From Isurus oxyrinchus (lineage: Eukaryota), in the NCBI GenBank assembly GCA_026770705.1, contig JANJGN010000065.1, positions 744,001 to 808,000 on the forward strand: a stretch of DNA of 64,000 nucleotides. Reading direction: 5' to 3'. This document shows, one piece after another, positions 1-13,497 of the stretch. Each line of letters begins with the position of its first letter. Within the stretch, counting starts at the first letter, position 1. Made by a program: the position numbers and the translations under genes. The notes below the pieces were generated by a model. That model had not been told where the DNA came from. It did no database searches and saw only the letters and a program-made list of their open reading frames with translations.

Positions 1-149
1 GATACTGAAACTACCCCAAGGATCTATGCTGCCCGCTTGCTATTACCCATCAACATGTTGCCCCTCGTCGACATCATCCTAAAACGAAGCAATTGGATTT
101 AGATAAGCAGGGATTCAATCAGGTGTTCAGCAAGTCTCCTTTGGCAGCA

Positions 150-445
150 TCTCCGAAATGCACAACCATCTACCAGGACAAGGGCAACAGACTCCTGGGA
201 ACAACATTACCTAGACGTTCCACTCCATGACACAGATCATTCTGTACTTGAGGTGTATCGCCATTCCTTCACTGCCCCATGGTCAAAATTGTCCCTCCCT
301 AACAGCACTGTGTCTGTACCTGCACCAGATGCACTGCAGCGGTACAAGAAGGTGGCTCACCATCATCTTTGCAATGACAAAAAGGGACGGGCAACAAATG
401 CTGGTCTAGCCAGTGAGGCCCACATCCTAAGAATGAATACAAAAT
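150..445 (+). mobile_element. CR1-clade LINE 3' end fragment
   Basis: Matches a recurrent 3' tail (ccctaacagcactgtg...cagcggtacaagaaggtggctcaccatcatc...gggcaacaaatgctggtctagccagtgaggcccacatcc...aatgaat). Related copies at ~33610-33770 (+) and ~17270-17390 (-). Confidence 0.7.
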
Positions 446-469
446 ATCGGCTGATGATACCCAGCGCTG

Positions 470-1420
470 CCTCGCAATCACGTCTCTCGATTGCTCCAAC
501 TTAACTGAATCATCAGGCTGCTTATCCCACATCCAGTACGGAATCGTCATAAATTTCCTCACAGGAAATATCGGGAAGCCAGAAGCGATTGTCTCTGGCC
601 CCTTCAAAACTCCATTTCCTAACTTTAACTCATTTCCCCTGTTGAGAATTTTTTTCTGGGGCTAAACAAGGCTTTTTGCAAACTGGATCTCAGATTCGAC
701 CCAGAGATGATCTGCTGACCGCTCATCCAAACCATCTCGTGAACAGTGTTTACCCATCTCTGCAACATTGCCCGACTTGGCCTCGTCTCAGCTGGTCTGC
801 TTTTGAAATCCTCATTCCAGCCTTTGTTACCTGCAGGTTTTTCTATTCGATTGCACACCTGCCCGGCCTCCTATATTCTGCCTCCCAGAAACTTGTCACC
901 CAAGTCTCTGCTTCCCAAATCGTTTACCAGAGCAAGTCGTGTTCACATATCATGCCTGTGCTCGCAGACGTGCATCATCACCCAGTTAAGGAATGCCTCG
1001 ATTTTAAAATCCTCATCCTCGTTTGCAAACCCCAACGTTCCCTCCTCCCCCCTCTCTGCCCCCTCTCCTAACACCCCATTACCCATGGCCCCACCCATTG
1101 TAATCCTGAAATCTCCAGCGCTACAGATCGCGCCAATATTTGTGATCTTCTAAATCTGGTATCTTGGAAATCCCCAGTTGTAACTATTCCATCATTCGTA
1201 CCTTTATCTTTGGTGCTTAGGTCCTGCTCTCTGAATTTCCTGCCACAAACTTCCCCACCTCTCTAAATCTCTCCCACATTTCAAGAAACTCCTTAAAGCT
1301 TCAATCTTTGACCAAGCTTTTTGTCACCGTCCTAAATGCTCCCCACGTGTTCCTTGTCTAGTTTGCTTTCATGACACTTCTTTGAAGGCGCTGTATAAAT
1401 ATGAGTTGCGTTGTTGCTGC
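470..1420 (+). mobile_element. L2 LINE ORF2 C-terminal region and 3' tail, degraded
   Basis: Translation SHIMPVLADVHHHPVKECLDFKILILVCK resembles the L2 motif HITPVLxxLHWLPVxxRIDFKILLL. Upstream CLSHIQY...NFL.GNIGKPEAIV. Tail ggcgctgtataaatatgagttgcgttgttg. Confidence 0.75.
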
Positions 1421-1937
1421 TTCGTCCCCCATCTTTACTGAATCGCAAAGGTATGGAAGATTTGTCGACATTATTTTTGCCTTTTAATGATGTTAATTGT
1501 GGAAGTCAATTCATTGTAGAACCAGGACAGATGATTCACTCATATTTTACAAAATAGCACCAAGTCGGTAACCCTCCACCACCACCCCACAGTCAACCAT
1601 CCCCCTCCCCGCGCTGTGCTCCCCGATCCCAGCCCCACCTATCCATGCCATGTGTTATCAGCGCCTGGGTCTCGATGGTGTGTGTCGTTCTTTTTCACCC
1701 TCTCCTTCCTGAATCCGAACGAGCCTGTTACCTTCTAAATTAAATGTGTTTGAAGGGCATTCAGTGTTCAATTATTTAATTGATTTGAAAGAAATGTTAT
1801 CAATGCTGTTCGAACATTCGAAAATGAAATCATGCTCCCAATTCCAACTGGGAACACATCTGTTCATTGCCCCACTATTTGAGACCAGATGATTCCGAGT
1901 GCTCCCGTTAGTTAACTCTTCTCCTTCTTTGTTACAG

Positions 1938-2860
1938 TGATCTTTTGACAATAGTGACCCTCTCCAGAGGAAATTGCCACCTTTCCAAAAGTATCTCTCT
2001 ATACATGGTGGCCATGGCAGCAGTGGATCTACTGGCCATGCTCGTCTATAGAATTGCACATCACATTTCCTGGGAATGCTTTCCATATTCATTCCTCTCC
2101 TACACTCTCATTTGCAAGCTTAACCTCTATCTGACTTCAACCAATGCCCCTGTGTCCAGTCTGCTTCACATTTGATCGGTTTGAAGCTATATGTTGTCAG
2201 AAACTGAAAACCAGGTATTGCAAAGTGAGAACTGCGTCCATCGTCATAATAATTGTTTCTGTGATAATGTGTTTAGAAAGCATCCCATTTTGGTTTGCAT
2301 TTGAACATAAACTAATGATTAACAATATTCAATGGGGTTTCATCCCCCGTATTTCATTTTTTTCAGATCGCCTGCAGGCAGACTCTACTTCAAGATAAAA
2401 AGTTTTCTATTTTCATTGGTTCCTTTCGCATTGATATTGCTCTTTAATTGTTTAATGGTCAGGCGCATTGTAGTAACCAATATGGCGCGGAGCAATGTCT
2501 GGGCTCCCAGTACTGAGAAACAGCGCGATCCAGAGAACGGAGAACGGAAGGAAATTCATTATTTTTCTGTTCCCCGTGTCGGCCAATTTTATATTGTTGA
2601 GTCTGATATCGGTGGTAAGTCAGTGGACTGATGCCCTGATCCTACGTATCCAGCCAGAATGTACAGAGCCTGCATATATTTCCACTGAGGCCGGATACAT
2701 GCTTACCCAGTTGAAGTTTTGTTTAAGCACGTGCATTTATGCAGCGACGCAAAGAAAGTTCAGGGAAGAGCTTATTAATGTTGTGAAATCGCCTTGGATA
2801 TTTATTTTGTCATTGGTTAAAAATATGATAATTCAAACCCAAACGTCCTGCCCTGGTTAG
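1938..2860 (+). pseudogene. GPR139/GPR142-like rhodopsin-class GPCR pseudogene, large coding exon (TM1 end to C-terminus)
   Basis: Polypyrimidine tract and AG acceptor at 1936-1937. Four frameshifted ORFs give LTIVTLSRGNCHLSKSISLYMVAMAAVDLL, FTFDRFEAICCQKLKTRYC, LVPFALILLFNCLMVRRI...QRDPE and STCIYAATQRKFREELINVVKSPW; stop at 2858-2860. At least three frameshifts. Exon 1 not identified. Confidence 0.85.
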
Positions 2861-5599
2861 TGCAAAATGACAGCCCCTGATTCCGTATAGCATGGCCAGC
2901 TTTCCATTTCGATCAAAGTGGTTTGTTGCCAGTGAAAATGAACAGGCATCAGAAAACATTTCCTGAATTTATTGCAATAAATTTACACCCCATATTCAAA
3001 GGAATACTGGTGCATGAGATCCAGATATGGAGTCGAAGCATTTACTGCCTTACACTTCAGGCTACAGGAATAATACCCTGTTATATTAATTGATAGAATA
3101 TTTCAGAATAGGAGCAATGAAATGCTTGTCGAAATCGTGGTTTTTTATAGCTTGCCTGTATTATTGGTGTGAAATCTACAAACCTTGGTCCCCCATCGGA
3201 CTCCGCTGCTTCCAGGGTTAATAGTCGAGGGCCATGTGTCCTGCTCAGTATATAATTATGGAGGCAGCATGAAATTAGTTCATCAATGTGACGTTAGATA
3301 TCCTTTTTTGAAGGTTTTCACTTAAACTCACAAATGGCCTTGAAAGTACGGGTATTTTAAAACAAGGTAACAGATCATTCCAACCAGCCAAATCTTGTGA
3401 GCCTTTACCTTCCAAGCAAGTAAATAGCCCCAATATTTTTTACCGCATGGTATGAAAATCGCCTGCCTATTTTAAGTTGCCAACATTTTTTTCCTCTTTC
3501 TTTTGGAATAATTTATTTCTCTGCGAATTCAACCACCTCCCAGTTCTCCGCATAAAGGTTTTATTCACCATCAATTCTAAATCCTCCTGGCATTGAATAT
3601 TTTATGTCTGGCGTTTAGTTCTTAACCTCGGAGCTATCGGAATCTAACCACATCTGTTTACCCGGTCCTGCTGAATAGAAACCAGGTGGGCGTGACTCGA
3701 GAAATTAAATCAGCCTTACATCAGGAACCAAACTATTGAGCGTCAGGGAAGTGGAGTTCAGGGAGTTAAATTATAGTTCTGTTTGTAAATTTTTATTTCC
3801 TTGGTATTACTGATTAATGTGAAGATTAGCTTTGATAACTTGAACAATGCACTAAACATCGGGGTAATGGAGGGGCAGATTCCAAAAATAGAACTCAACT
3901 CCAGACCGCCCCCAAACCCAGCAACACCCCCCAACCCCACCATCCTCCATATATTTTCCAAACCAACCAGAAAGGAGGGTGTTTTTCTGTATCGAATAAA
4001 ATGTAGCACATAATTTTGTGACACCAGTGTACGTGCGGAAAAAAAAACTATGATCATGAAGAGCCGATTAAGATATACAAAAGGACGGTTCCAAAGGATT
4101 GTCAAAACTACTATACGAAATTCTTAACCCGGCTCTGAAGGGAGTAATGAATTAAAGGAGCGGATGGAGGACGGAAACATAATGTACCTCGTGGTCGATA
4201 TATTATTTTGAGGAGACCCGGTTTACTATTAACTTTAAATACTTTAATCTCAATAACAGGCACTGAAAACAAAAGTTTGATCAGAATGTCCTAGGGTCGT
4301 TCAAGCTAAGGTGTTTTTTTTTTCCCCTTTCTTTTGCTGTGATATTAACCTTGATCCTTGCCCATTAAACGGAGAAGTAACAGTCTGTGGAAAGCAGTTT
4401 TCGAAAGGCCTCAACCTACCCTGAAAAAATGGTCATCTCTAGAAGGAAATAATAAGGGATTTAATTGGGTCGATCCACTGCTTACTATTTCACCATTTTA
4501 AGGGAGCTTAACTCATTTGATAAATGTGCCGTACACAGTATTATGTGCTTCTGCTAAGGAAACAGCTGAATATCCACTACTTTATTTAATATAATAGATA
4601 CAAAAACAAGGGCCGACTTGCGGTTAAATGGTCATTTATGGATATTTATCAAGATTGCAATTATCAATAAAATAAACTAAAAACATTTTATGTGTAGTAG
4701 CTTTGTCTTCGCTTTAATGCTATACATATTGGGCGCATTGCCCAGTATGCGGAAGCAAATTACAATGACTCAACTCTTCACTGTCTATTCCCGCTCAGAT
4801 ACTGGCCTCAGAACTCTGCTATGTTTGGATCTCCCATTAACAACAGCTAACTGATTGAAATTTCAACTTCTCGCCTGCGTATTATTGCATCCTTAATAAA
4901 ACTATGGCCCATCACGTCAGTGTTCAAGAATATTGTTGTAGACCTTACATGTACAATGGAATTTGAACTTCATTAGTGAAAGAGCTTCATTTGTTCACGG
5001 TAGTGACGTGACCTTTTACCCGTCAGGCTTTAACATTCCACACAAAGGTGAGGCTCTCCGAAAGTCAAAGTCCAGGTTATTGCAGGATCCCGTGGCGGCC
5101 AGGGTCTGCCAATCCGACTGGCAGTAAGATTTGGGTAACAGGCGATGAGCTGCTTTTGTTTCTATGCCATAACGGCATTTTCCCTAACTATATTAAGGAG
5201 GGAAATGACAGTTAAGAAAGGAGTCGGGTAGCTGGTAACTGTTAGAATCATGTCAGGCAGGGATTCATCAGCAAACATCTACAATCAAACATCAATATCT
5301 AATCAACTACAGAAACCAAAGTTAACACATTAAAAAGTAATGGAAAGTTAACCCTGTATAGTACGGTGTCAAATTCATTTTCATTTGAAAGTTATTCGCT
5401 AACCGTGTTTATACCAGCAGTGCTCTTTCGTTGCTTTGGACAGTCTATTTCTAATTGACAGTCACCGAGTATCCCTGACGTTGCAGACACTTGTATTTTG
5501 AATTAAGCCATTACTGTAACTGGCGTCCACTACTTCAAAATAAGTACACAATGCCTTCCCGCTGTTCATAGTTTCATTCAATTTCTAATTCGGCAGCTC

Positions 5600-5700
5600 T
5601 TGTGTTGTGCAGCACAAGCGAAGTTTAGGGAATAACTCATTAATTCGTGACATCTTATTGAATATTTATTTTGTCATGGGTTAAAAATAATAAAACCAAA
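5600..5700 (+). pseudogene. Short remnant of a third GPR139-like C-terminus
   Basis: gcagcacaagcgaagtttagggaataactcattaat...atatttattttgtcatgggttaaaaataat aligns by eye with 2741-2830 (gcagcgacgcaaagaaagttcagggaagagcttattaat...atatttattttgtcattggttaaaaatatgat). Confidence 0.55.
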
Positions 5701-5749
5701 GAAAAGCATCCAGGACTACTTAAAGCACAGTCTGTGTGCTTTTGGAGTT

Positions 5750-5860
5750 AACTTGACCGCCTGTCAGACTCCTTTCGATTATCAACAAAGTGATGGACGG
5801 TGCTGTAGACAATGCCATCAAACAGCGATTACACAGCAATAACATACTCACTGATGCGAT
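5750..5860 (+). mobile_element. CR1-clade RT fragment
   Basis: Translates LLSIINKVMDGAVDNAIKQRLHSNNILTDA, typical of a LINE RT N-terminal block. Confidence 0.55.
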
Positions 5861-6279
5861 CGTAACTTCGCCTCGATTTCGTGCAACAATTACTCAATGA
5901 CTGCAGCCGCAGTTGCCTCTAACGTCTGCTGTCATTGGACACAGGTAACGGTGCACATTTAGACGTGGTCAACAGCGTCCGCCTTCGCTTCACTGTTGTC
6001 TGGAAGATCGGAGCCCATGTCTAAATTCTATATAAACTGAAGCATTAAACTTTCCATCTCTCAAATCTGTGAACTCCGTTCACAGGTTAGTGTCGACTAC
6101 TGGCCGGAAGTGAGAACTACAACTGACCACAGAAATTCACAGACATTCAGGAAAGCTGGTGCGTACACTCCGATTGCTTCACATTTAAGATGTAAAAATA
6201 AAAACAGCCTATTCTTAGTAAAACGTTTTCCTTTTTCGATTCTATATTTGCAAACATGTCCTATTGCATTTTTACTCAG

Positions 6280-6982
6280 AGAACAAAGGGACCATGGCCT
6301 GTGTGACCATAGAAATCTGAAGGCGGAGGAACATGTTAGTGGGCAGGCGAAAAAGGCATATGGGACACTTGACTTTATCAATTGAGGCATAGATAACAAA
6401 AGTAGGGAGGTCATGTTTGAGTTGCATAAAATCTTGGTGAGGGCACAGCTGGAGTATTGTGTGGAGTTCTGGTCGCCACATTATAGTAAGGATTGCACTG
6501 GAGGGTGTGCAGACGAGCTTCAGCAGGTTATTGCCTGAGATGAATTTTTTAAGTCATGAATAGACTTGGGTTATTTTTGTTGTAGCAGAGAAGACTGAGG
6601 GGCGACCTGATCAAGGTGTACAAGATTATGCGGGGCATGGGCAGGGTGGATAGGAAGCAGTTGTTCCCATTATTTGAAGCTTCTGGCACGATGGGACACA
6701 GGTTCAAAGTGAGGGCCAGAAGGTTTAGGAGGGTTGTGAGGCAGCCTTTTTTACCCAGCGGGTGGTGACAGTCTGGAATGAACTGCCAGGGAGGATGGTG
6801 GAGGCAGGTTGCCTCACATCCTTTAAAATGTGTTTGGATGAGCACTTGGCACATCATAACATTCAAGTCAATGGGCCAAGTGCTGGTAAATGGGATTAGG
6901 TAGGTAGATCGGGTGTTTCTCACGTGTTGATTCAGGCTCGATGGGCCGAATGAGCTCTTCTTTACTGTGTGATTATATGACT
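6280..6982 (+). mobile_element. CR1 LINE 3' fragment
   Basis: KKAYGTLDFIN..IDNKSREVMFELHKILVRAQLEYCVEFWSPHY and RRLRGDLIKVYKIMRG, followed by a gatgggccgaatg...ctgtgtgattatatga tail. Confidence 0.85.
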
Positions 6983-8119
6983 GAACAGCAGGTCTGTGAG
7001 ATTCCCCAGGTTACCATCTACATTCTCTAAACAAAATAAAAACACAATGAAACGAACTGAGCGCAATGCTGGATGTTTCATAGAAAACATTGAAATGAGA
7101 GGGGAATGAAATTACGAAGAATAAATCTGAAAAAAAGGCGGTAAATTGAAAGCATCAGCCGGCAGTTTCTGTGCAGTGGGGAATCTCAGGGATCAGCTCT
7201 GGGATCTATGTATAGAACTTTCTCTCTCCACAGTTGTTACCCGACCTGCTGAACCTTACCAGAAATTTTTGTTTTAGTCGCAGATTCCCAGCGCATGCAG
7301 TAATGCTCCTCGTTTTCTGCAGAATGCAACAACAGCTGAGCAGGAATTGACATTGAAATAAGAAGCAGGAAACAACAGAGTCAAAATGCTCCGGGAATCG
7401 GTAAATTTCACTCAATCCGAGTAATTTCATTTCGGTTCCACAGTGCAGTTCACGGAAAATCAGTATTATTAAGAATGTGAAAAAAGACAGAGTGAAAATT
7501 TAAATGGATTTTTATTCGAAGTAGATTCGCATGTGTTTTCTAATTATAATGCCGCCGAACCGCTTGAAATCACTTGAACAATTCAATATAAGGGCTTCGC
7601 TTACTTAGAGGTTGCTGACAACGATGGCCGGGAATAGAAACCGAGTGAAGTACTTTGGGAGTAACCATGCTGACGAACATGGCACTATCGTTGATAGGTG
7701 AAGAGTTTTGCAGATTCTTCTTCCAGATTTTCTTACTGAACCGTTCCCTTTTGGTCACTTGCAATTCCCAACCACTGTCAAAAATTATGATGCAGAAAGA
7801 ATGACCCAACTTTCCATGTATTGATAATGTAGCAAGTGCCAAATGAGATTCCTATAATGCTTTCCTGAATCTCACATCAGCCTTTCAGTTAATAAGTGCC
7901 GTTGTTGTTCACAAGATTCTGACCTAACACTTTTACATCTCCACTCCCAAATTGATGATACCATGTTCAACTATCTAACTCTTATTATGTCTGCCACCTC
8001 ACCCCGCCCCCCACCCCACTCCCCCCATTCACTGAATAATAAAACATATTACATCGTGTGGCACCTTTTCAAATGGAACACATTCTCGCGGAAAAGAATG
8101 CAAAAACGAGGAAATTAGG

Positions 8120-8675
8120 AAGATTCTGTGTGAAACACTGCTTTGACGACTGCGAAAGTATTGTGCCCAGTTTTCAGTGCCGCCCTTTAGAAAGAATGTG
8201 AAGCCATTATAGAAAGTGCAGAAAGGTTTTAAGAGAATGGTTCCACGAATGAGGATATTCGCTTGCATAGATAGTTTGGATAGGCTGGGACTGTTCTCCT
8301 TGAAGAAGAGTAGGCTGAGAGGAAATTTGATTGAAGCATTCCAAAGAATGAGTCTTCAGGATAGTATAGATAGGGGGAAACTGTCGGAGGAATTGAGAGA
8401 AAGAGGGCACAGGTTTAAGGATATTAGCAAAAGAAGCAAAGAAGCATGATGAAATTCTATTTTGTGAAGATTTGACTCTGGAATGCATTGCCTGAGAGCG
8501 CAGTGGAGGCAGATTTAAACGTTCAGTGGAGAATTGGATCATTTCCTGAATAGAAAATACTTGCAGGTCAATGGGGAAAAGGCATTGGAATGACAGCGAT
8601 GAATTGCTCTTATGTAGAGTTGGTACTGACACAACATGCTCCTTCTGTGCAGCATCCGCTGTACGATTCTTAGGT
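8120..8675 (+). mobile_element. CR1 LINE 3' fragment
   Basis: YCAQFSVPPFRKNV..L.KVQKGFKRMVPRMR...LDRLGLFSLKKSRLRGNLIEAF, followed by a decayed CR1 tail. Confidence 0.8.
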
Positions 8676-8829
8676 GTTGCATTTTTATAGTGCCTTTAAG
8701 GAAACCTCCCAATGTGGAAGAAGAGAGCTATCACAAAAAAAAATGACACAAAGACAGAAAAGGAGATATTAAGTCAACTGAAAAAAAAAACCTTGGCCCA
8801 ATGGCAGGCTTTAAAAACATTTTAATGAA

Positions 8830-9480
8830 CCATAGAGCCATAGGAAAGTTACAGCATGGAAGGAGGGCATTCGGCCCATCTTTTCCATGCCAGGCGAAGA
8901 CACCCAGGTGCGCCTTCTAAACCTACCTTCATGCACCCGCCCCATAATCCTGCAGCTTACAACACTCAAGTTGCAGAACTATGTACATTTTAAATGAGTT
9001 TCAAGTTTCTGCCTCATCATCAACTTGGGTAGCGAATTCCAGACACTTTGCATAAAAAAAGCTGTCCCTCATGTCCCCCTAACACCTACTGCCAATTATC
9101 TTGAATCTATGTCCCCTTGTCTGCTCATATCTTCGCAGTTTACTATGTTTAGATTAAAGGCCTAGTTTTGGGTTGAAATACAACACTCTCAAACGTCGTT
9201 TAGAATTATATCATATTGTGCTCACTCCTCCTGAAAGGGTCCTTTGCAACGAGATTTTTAATTAGCCCCTTTTCACTCTGTAAGGCTACATCTAAAATAA
9301 CACATTCTCTAGTTGGTTCCTCTACATCCTGATGTAGAAAGCCATCACGTATACATTCCAAGATTTCGTACACCAAGCATTAGTGCTAATTAGGTTAACC
9401 CGGTCAATTTGTAGATTGAAGCCTCCCCTTGAATTTTACACCAAGGGGAACAATTTTATCCTGACCACTCTTTCTGGAGG
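8830..9480 (-). mobile_element. Inverted CR1 fragments nested in an inverted L2 fragment (L2 pieces ~8680-8830 and ~9480-9700)
   Basis: Reverse-complemented CR1 tail (acagcatggaaggagggcattcggcccatc) at ~8850-8880. Flanking sequence resembles the reverse L2 tail (ttgcatttttatagtgccttt). Confidence 0.55.
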
Positions 9481-10479
9481 CTGGAGAAACAGAGAGCAGA
9501 CGTTGCGACAGTCGAGTCTCAAGTTAGCAAATGCTTAGGATGAGAGCTTCAGAAGCAGATGAGGTGAGGCAGAGACGGAGTTGAATGATGTAAAGAATGT
9601 GAGAAGTACAGCATTTCGTTATGATATCAATCTTTCAATCTCTATGAACAGCCTGTCTTATATTGTGCAATTATACCTGGGGAGAGATGGGGGCGGGGGG
9701 TGGGGGTCAGTGGTGAAATGTGGAGTCACAGTCCTCATTGCTTAACATTACGAATTTTGCAACAACTGCGCTTCTGGTAACATCATATCCGTGAAGGGCC
9801 TTTGACATTTCAATGTAATCTCAAGCTGAATTTGAACAAAAGATTGAGACCCTTTAAGGTTTCCACTGAGGATGTTCAATTTGGGATCATTTCCTGCACG
9901 GAAAATTGCTGCATACAAGAACATTCATATCAAACATCCCTGGCACAGGCTTCACTGAAAGGTATTAAGAGTCAGTTTACAACTTGTTTTGTTCCTGACT
10001 CTTCAGCTCCCGGTGTGTTAGTGAGGAGTCGCTCTCGCCGGAAATGTGCCTCCGCAATACCGCCCGATTCCCACCTTTTAATACTGGACGAACTGAAAGG
10101 ATCCATGCTCCAATATCTAGTTCCTGCTGAGATCACCGCTGGACCTTGCGCACAGTGGGAAGTATTGAATAACGATTAAGCATTGACTTCAGTTCAGCAA
10201 CTATTTCACGGCGCAATCAGGTGGATTAATGCAGCACTTTGCGGCTCTCAGTAGGTTTCCGACTCTAAATCAATTATACAGTAGTAGAATGCTGCAGTAC
10301 AGAGGGAGGCCATTCGGCACACCTTGCCTGTGCGTGTTCTCTGAAGGAGCTAGCCAATTATTTCCAATGGTCTTTCCTTCCTGAACGGCAACTTGGCTGT
10401 CGTAGATGAGAGAAGTGCATTCAAATAAATAATACCCGGTTTTCTATTACGTTACATTACTTTAACGTTGAAAAAGTAA

Positions 10480-11530
10480 TTAGGAAAACAGATGCAACCA
10501 TGATAACAAGAGAAGTTAAGGAATCTATCAGGCTAAAGGAAGGCGCATTTGAATTTGCTAAATGATGTCCTATGGTTTAAAATTGGGAGGATTTTATAAA
10601 TCAGCAAAAGAATGAAAACAAATTGAAAATGAGAGAGTAGATATATTATGAGAGTTAACTACTGAGGAACATTAAAGCAGACTGTAACATTTGTATGTAA
10701 GTATATAAAAAGAAAAGTTCCGTATAGGTTAGTAAAGGCAAGTGAAGGTTAGTGTGTGTCCATCATGGACAGAAAAAGGAGAATCAATAATTGGGACTAA
10801 GGAAATGGCAGATAAAGTAAAAAATATATATATATATTTTGCATCTGTCTTCAATGAGGAAGATACAGGAACCTCCCTGAAACAATGGGGAGATAAGGGA
10901 CTGGTAAGATCGAGTGGCTGAAAGAAATTAGTATCTGGGAAGAAGTAGTGCTGGACAATTAGAAGGACTGGAATTGATAAATTACATTCCAGTGTTTTCG
11001 AAGAGAAGGCTGTAGAGATAATGTTTGCATGGTTGGTCATCCTTCAAAATTCGATAGATATAGAAATGTTGCCTGCATATTGGGAGGCAGCACATATGTC
11101 CCCACTAATTAAGAAAGCAGGGATAGAAAAAAAAAGCAGGGAACCAAAGGCCTGTTAACCTGACACCAAGGGTAGGGAAATGGCTCGAACTCGAAATACA
11201 GTCTGTGATAACTGATGTGATTGGGCAGAGTCAGCTTGGATTCATGAAAGGCAAAGCATGTTTGACAAAACCAATAGGCTTTTGGAGGATGGTACTGGCA
11301 GAAGTGATAAGGGAGTCCAGTGGATGTAATGCATTTGGATTTTTGGAACGTTTTCAATAAGTTGTCACAAAGGAGGGTAAAAATCACAATATTTGCGAAA
11401 TATACTGGCATGAGCTCAGGATTGTTTAATGGACAGAAAACAGAGCGTAGGGATAAATGGATCATTGTCGGGTCGGCAGGCTTTGACCAGTAGTGTACAG
11501 CAAGCATCAATGCTTGGGCCCAACCTATTC
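10480..11530 (+). mobile_element. CR1 LINE ORF2 (tether-RT) fragment
   Basis: EMADK...YFASVFNEED, QLGFMKGKACLT and VDVMHLDFWNVFNKLS blocks, with many stops and frameshifts. Confidence 0.8.
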
Positions 11531-11539
11531 ACGGAACAT

Positions 11540-11860
11540 TAAGTTTACAGTCTTGTTTTGTCTCAGACAATTCCTCAGAAGCGTGGAAGGAAACGATGTT
11601 TGGAACAGGGACCAGCCTTCCACTTTCCGGATATTTAATGGGAGGAAATTTCAGATCATCCCGTTCTGGATGCCAGATAAGCAGACTGATCATTTAATCA
11701 TAGTGGAGGAATCGGCAGGCCGGATTGTGAGGTAGAGCTGTATGTCACCAGTGTACATGTGAAAACATTTGCCCTATTTTTGGATACTGTCAACGAGGGG
11801 CAGCATGGAGAAGGGAAATATGGAGGGGGAAGGGATAGATCCTTGGGATATTCAATACAT
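11540..11860 (-). mobile_element. L2 RT fragment
   Basis: Reverse strand reads HMYTGDIQLYL (decayed YADDTQLY) and CLSGIQNGMI*NFLPLNIRK. Confidence 0.6.
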
Positions 11861-13497
11861 CCGAACGGTTTCCACGGCATGGTTTGATCTTAGTACACAT
11901 TTACACAGGTTGTCTTGATGAGTACTGCAATATATAAAAATAATTCTCTGTTCTTGAATTATTTGTCCAAATTTGTCATGGTTTTCCTTTCAGTAATCAA
12001 CTCTGTTTGGCTGTATCAGGCTTGCAGTTTTTCTCGATGATTACATTGCCGATGTTTCCCACTCGGTTCCTAATTTGACATCTACTGACTTACAACCTCT
12101 ATCAAATCCTTCCGTGTTATAGAGCTGAATGGAGACCAATGCTTCAGTGAGTTTTACATTTTTCTGTTATACTTCAAATGGAAATCTATAACTGCCCTGG
12201 GCATTACAATTCTCAAAAGCGTCAATGCAAAATACCAGAATTAAATAAGATACTTTTATTGATTTATTTTCCTCTGCAGGCCAAGAATTGCAAAGTTATC
12301 ACCGACAGTTCCCACAATACTTTGCTTCGAAAAGCAATGGCTCGCGAACGGTCCCTTTTCATCTGGGCAAAGTTCCAGGAGATTCAACCACCACTTCGTT
12401 TATAAATTATATTTCAGAGAACTGTCCTGGCAAGGTTATGTGTATCACATAGCTGGTGCTCGCAATACCATTCAGCTCCACCGATAGTCTCGTGAATAAA
12501 GAATCTGCTTTTTTTTTGCATACGAATATTTAATGCATATTTATACATATAATTCCGTTTCAAGTTTTGATCTTTGAACACCTCTACACAATCTTTACAA
12601 ATGAAGCACCAATTTGTTTCAAGGACATTCGTGAAAATCATTTAGAGCTCCAGAATTTGTGAACATTCGGCACTGAACGTCTGCTCTTCTTAAGGCGCTT
12701 ATTGTTAACTTTGATTTAGGATTAGAACATTTTTGTGTTCGAACATGGCAACACGCTGTCATGGTCACATAAGAATTAGCGAACGTCACTGAGGAACAAA
12801 GCACGCAGAAACAGTGCACCGCAGAGAGAAGACTTTTTGTTAAACGTGCAATATGATACATATTCAGCAGTTTTTCTTTGTTCGGAATTTGCTGGACCCA
12901 GCGGCGGGCCGGAGTGCATCAATTGATAGACCACATAGTACCCCAGACCTTATCTTGTCCACCATACGTACACATTTATGCTGTACCTAAACTTTTAATA
13001 TACGTGCAATTGTAATGTTTAATGGGATGTCGAGGGATACATAACCGGTGTCCAATCCGGTGCCCTTCCTGTCCTTGCAGAACTTGAGGAGATTGTGTTA
13101 ATTTATTTTTAATCTGCAGTTATTGCAGCGTTCATCTTTCAGTTGTTTGATGGGTTAATGTAGATGGAGCTTTAAGTTATACATAATGCCGTGCTGTTCC
13201 TGGCCACGTGATCGTTTGACGAGGCAGTGTTGATTGAACTTTACTCTGTCGTAAATCAGCACTGAGAGATCTGTCAATTATGTTCCACAATCCAGCTTTT
13301 CCCAATCACGCTGTAAATTAGTTCTATTTAAATCCCGATTGATCCTGATTTCGCCATCCTTTCAGGATGTAAAGCAGAGTAGCATGAATGCCGGCAATAT
13401 GAATAAAAAAAAAACAGAATTCCCAAAAAAAAATACAAAAGTTTGTAATGCCTCTTGGTGGACAGTGAAGGCGGCTGTGGGAAGCAGGTGAAAGGAA

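Larger units (their letters stand above)
7380..12860 (-). mobile_element. hAT (Buster/SPIN/GTF2IRD2-like) transposase remnant split by later LINE insertions
   Basis: Collinear minus-strand blocks: RRADVQCRMF...WCFICKDCVEVFKDQNLKRNYMYK (zinc-finger-like N-terminus, ~12540-12700); DEKGPF (~12350); FIYCSTHQDNLCKCVLR (CxxH motif, ~11890-11940); R*LSRN*ILE (RWLS motif, ~10105-10140); a weaker C-terminal block ELHCGTEMKLLGLSEIYRFPEHF (~7385-7455). Confidence 0.6.

Noticed and set aside
1530-1575. Possible exon 1 of receptor pseudogene 1 (atgattcactcatattttacaaaatag...gtcg|gtaacc)
   Set aside because: In-frame stop and no YY.ILA..GVP motif; the similarity is too weak to support.
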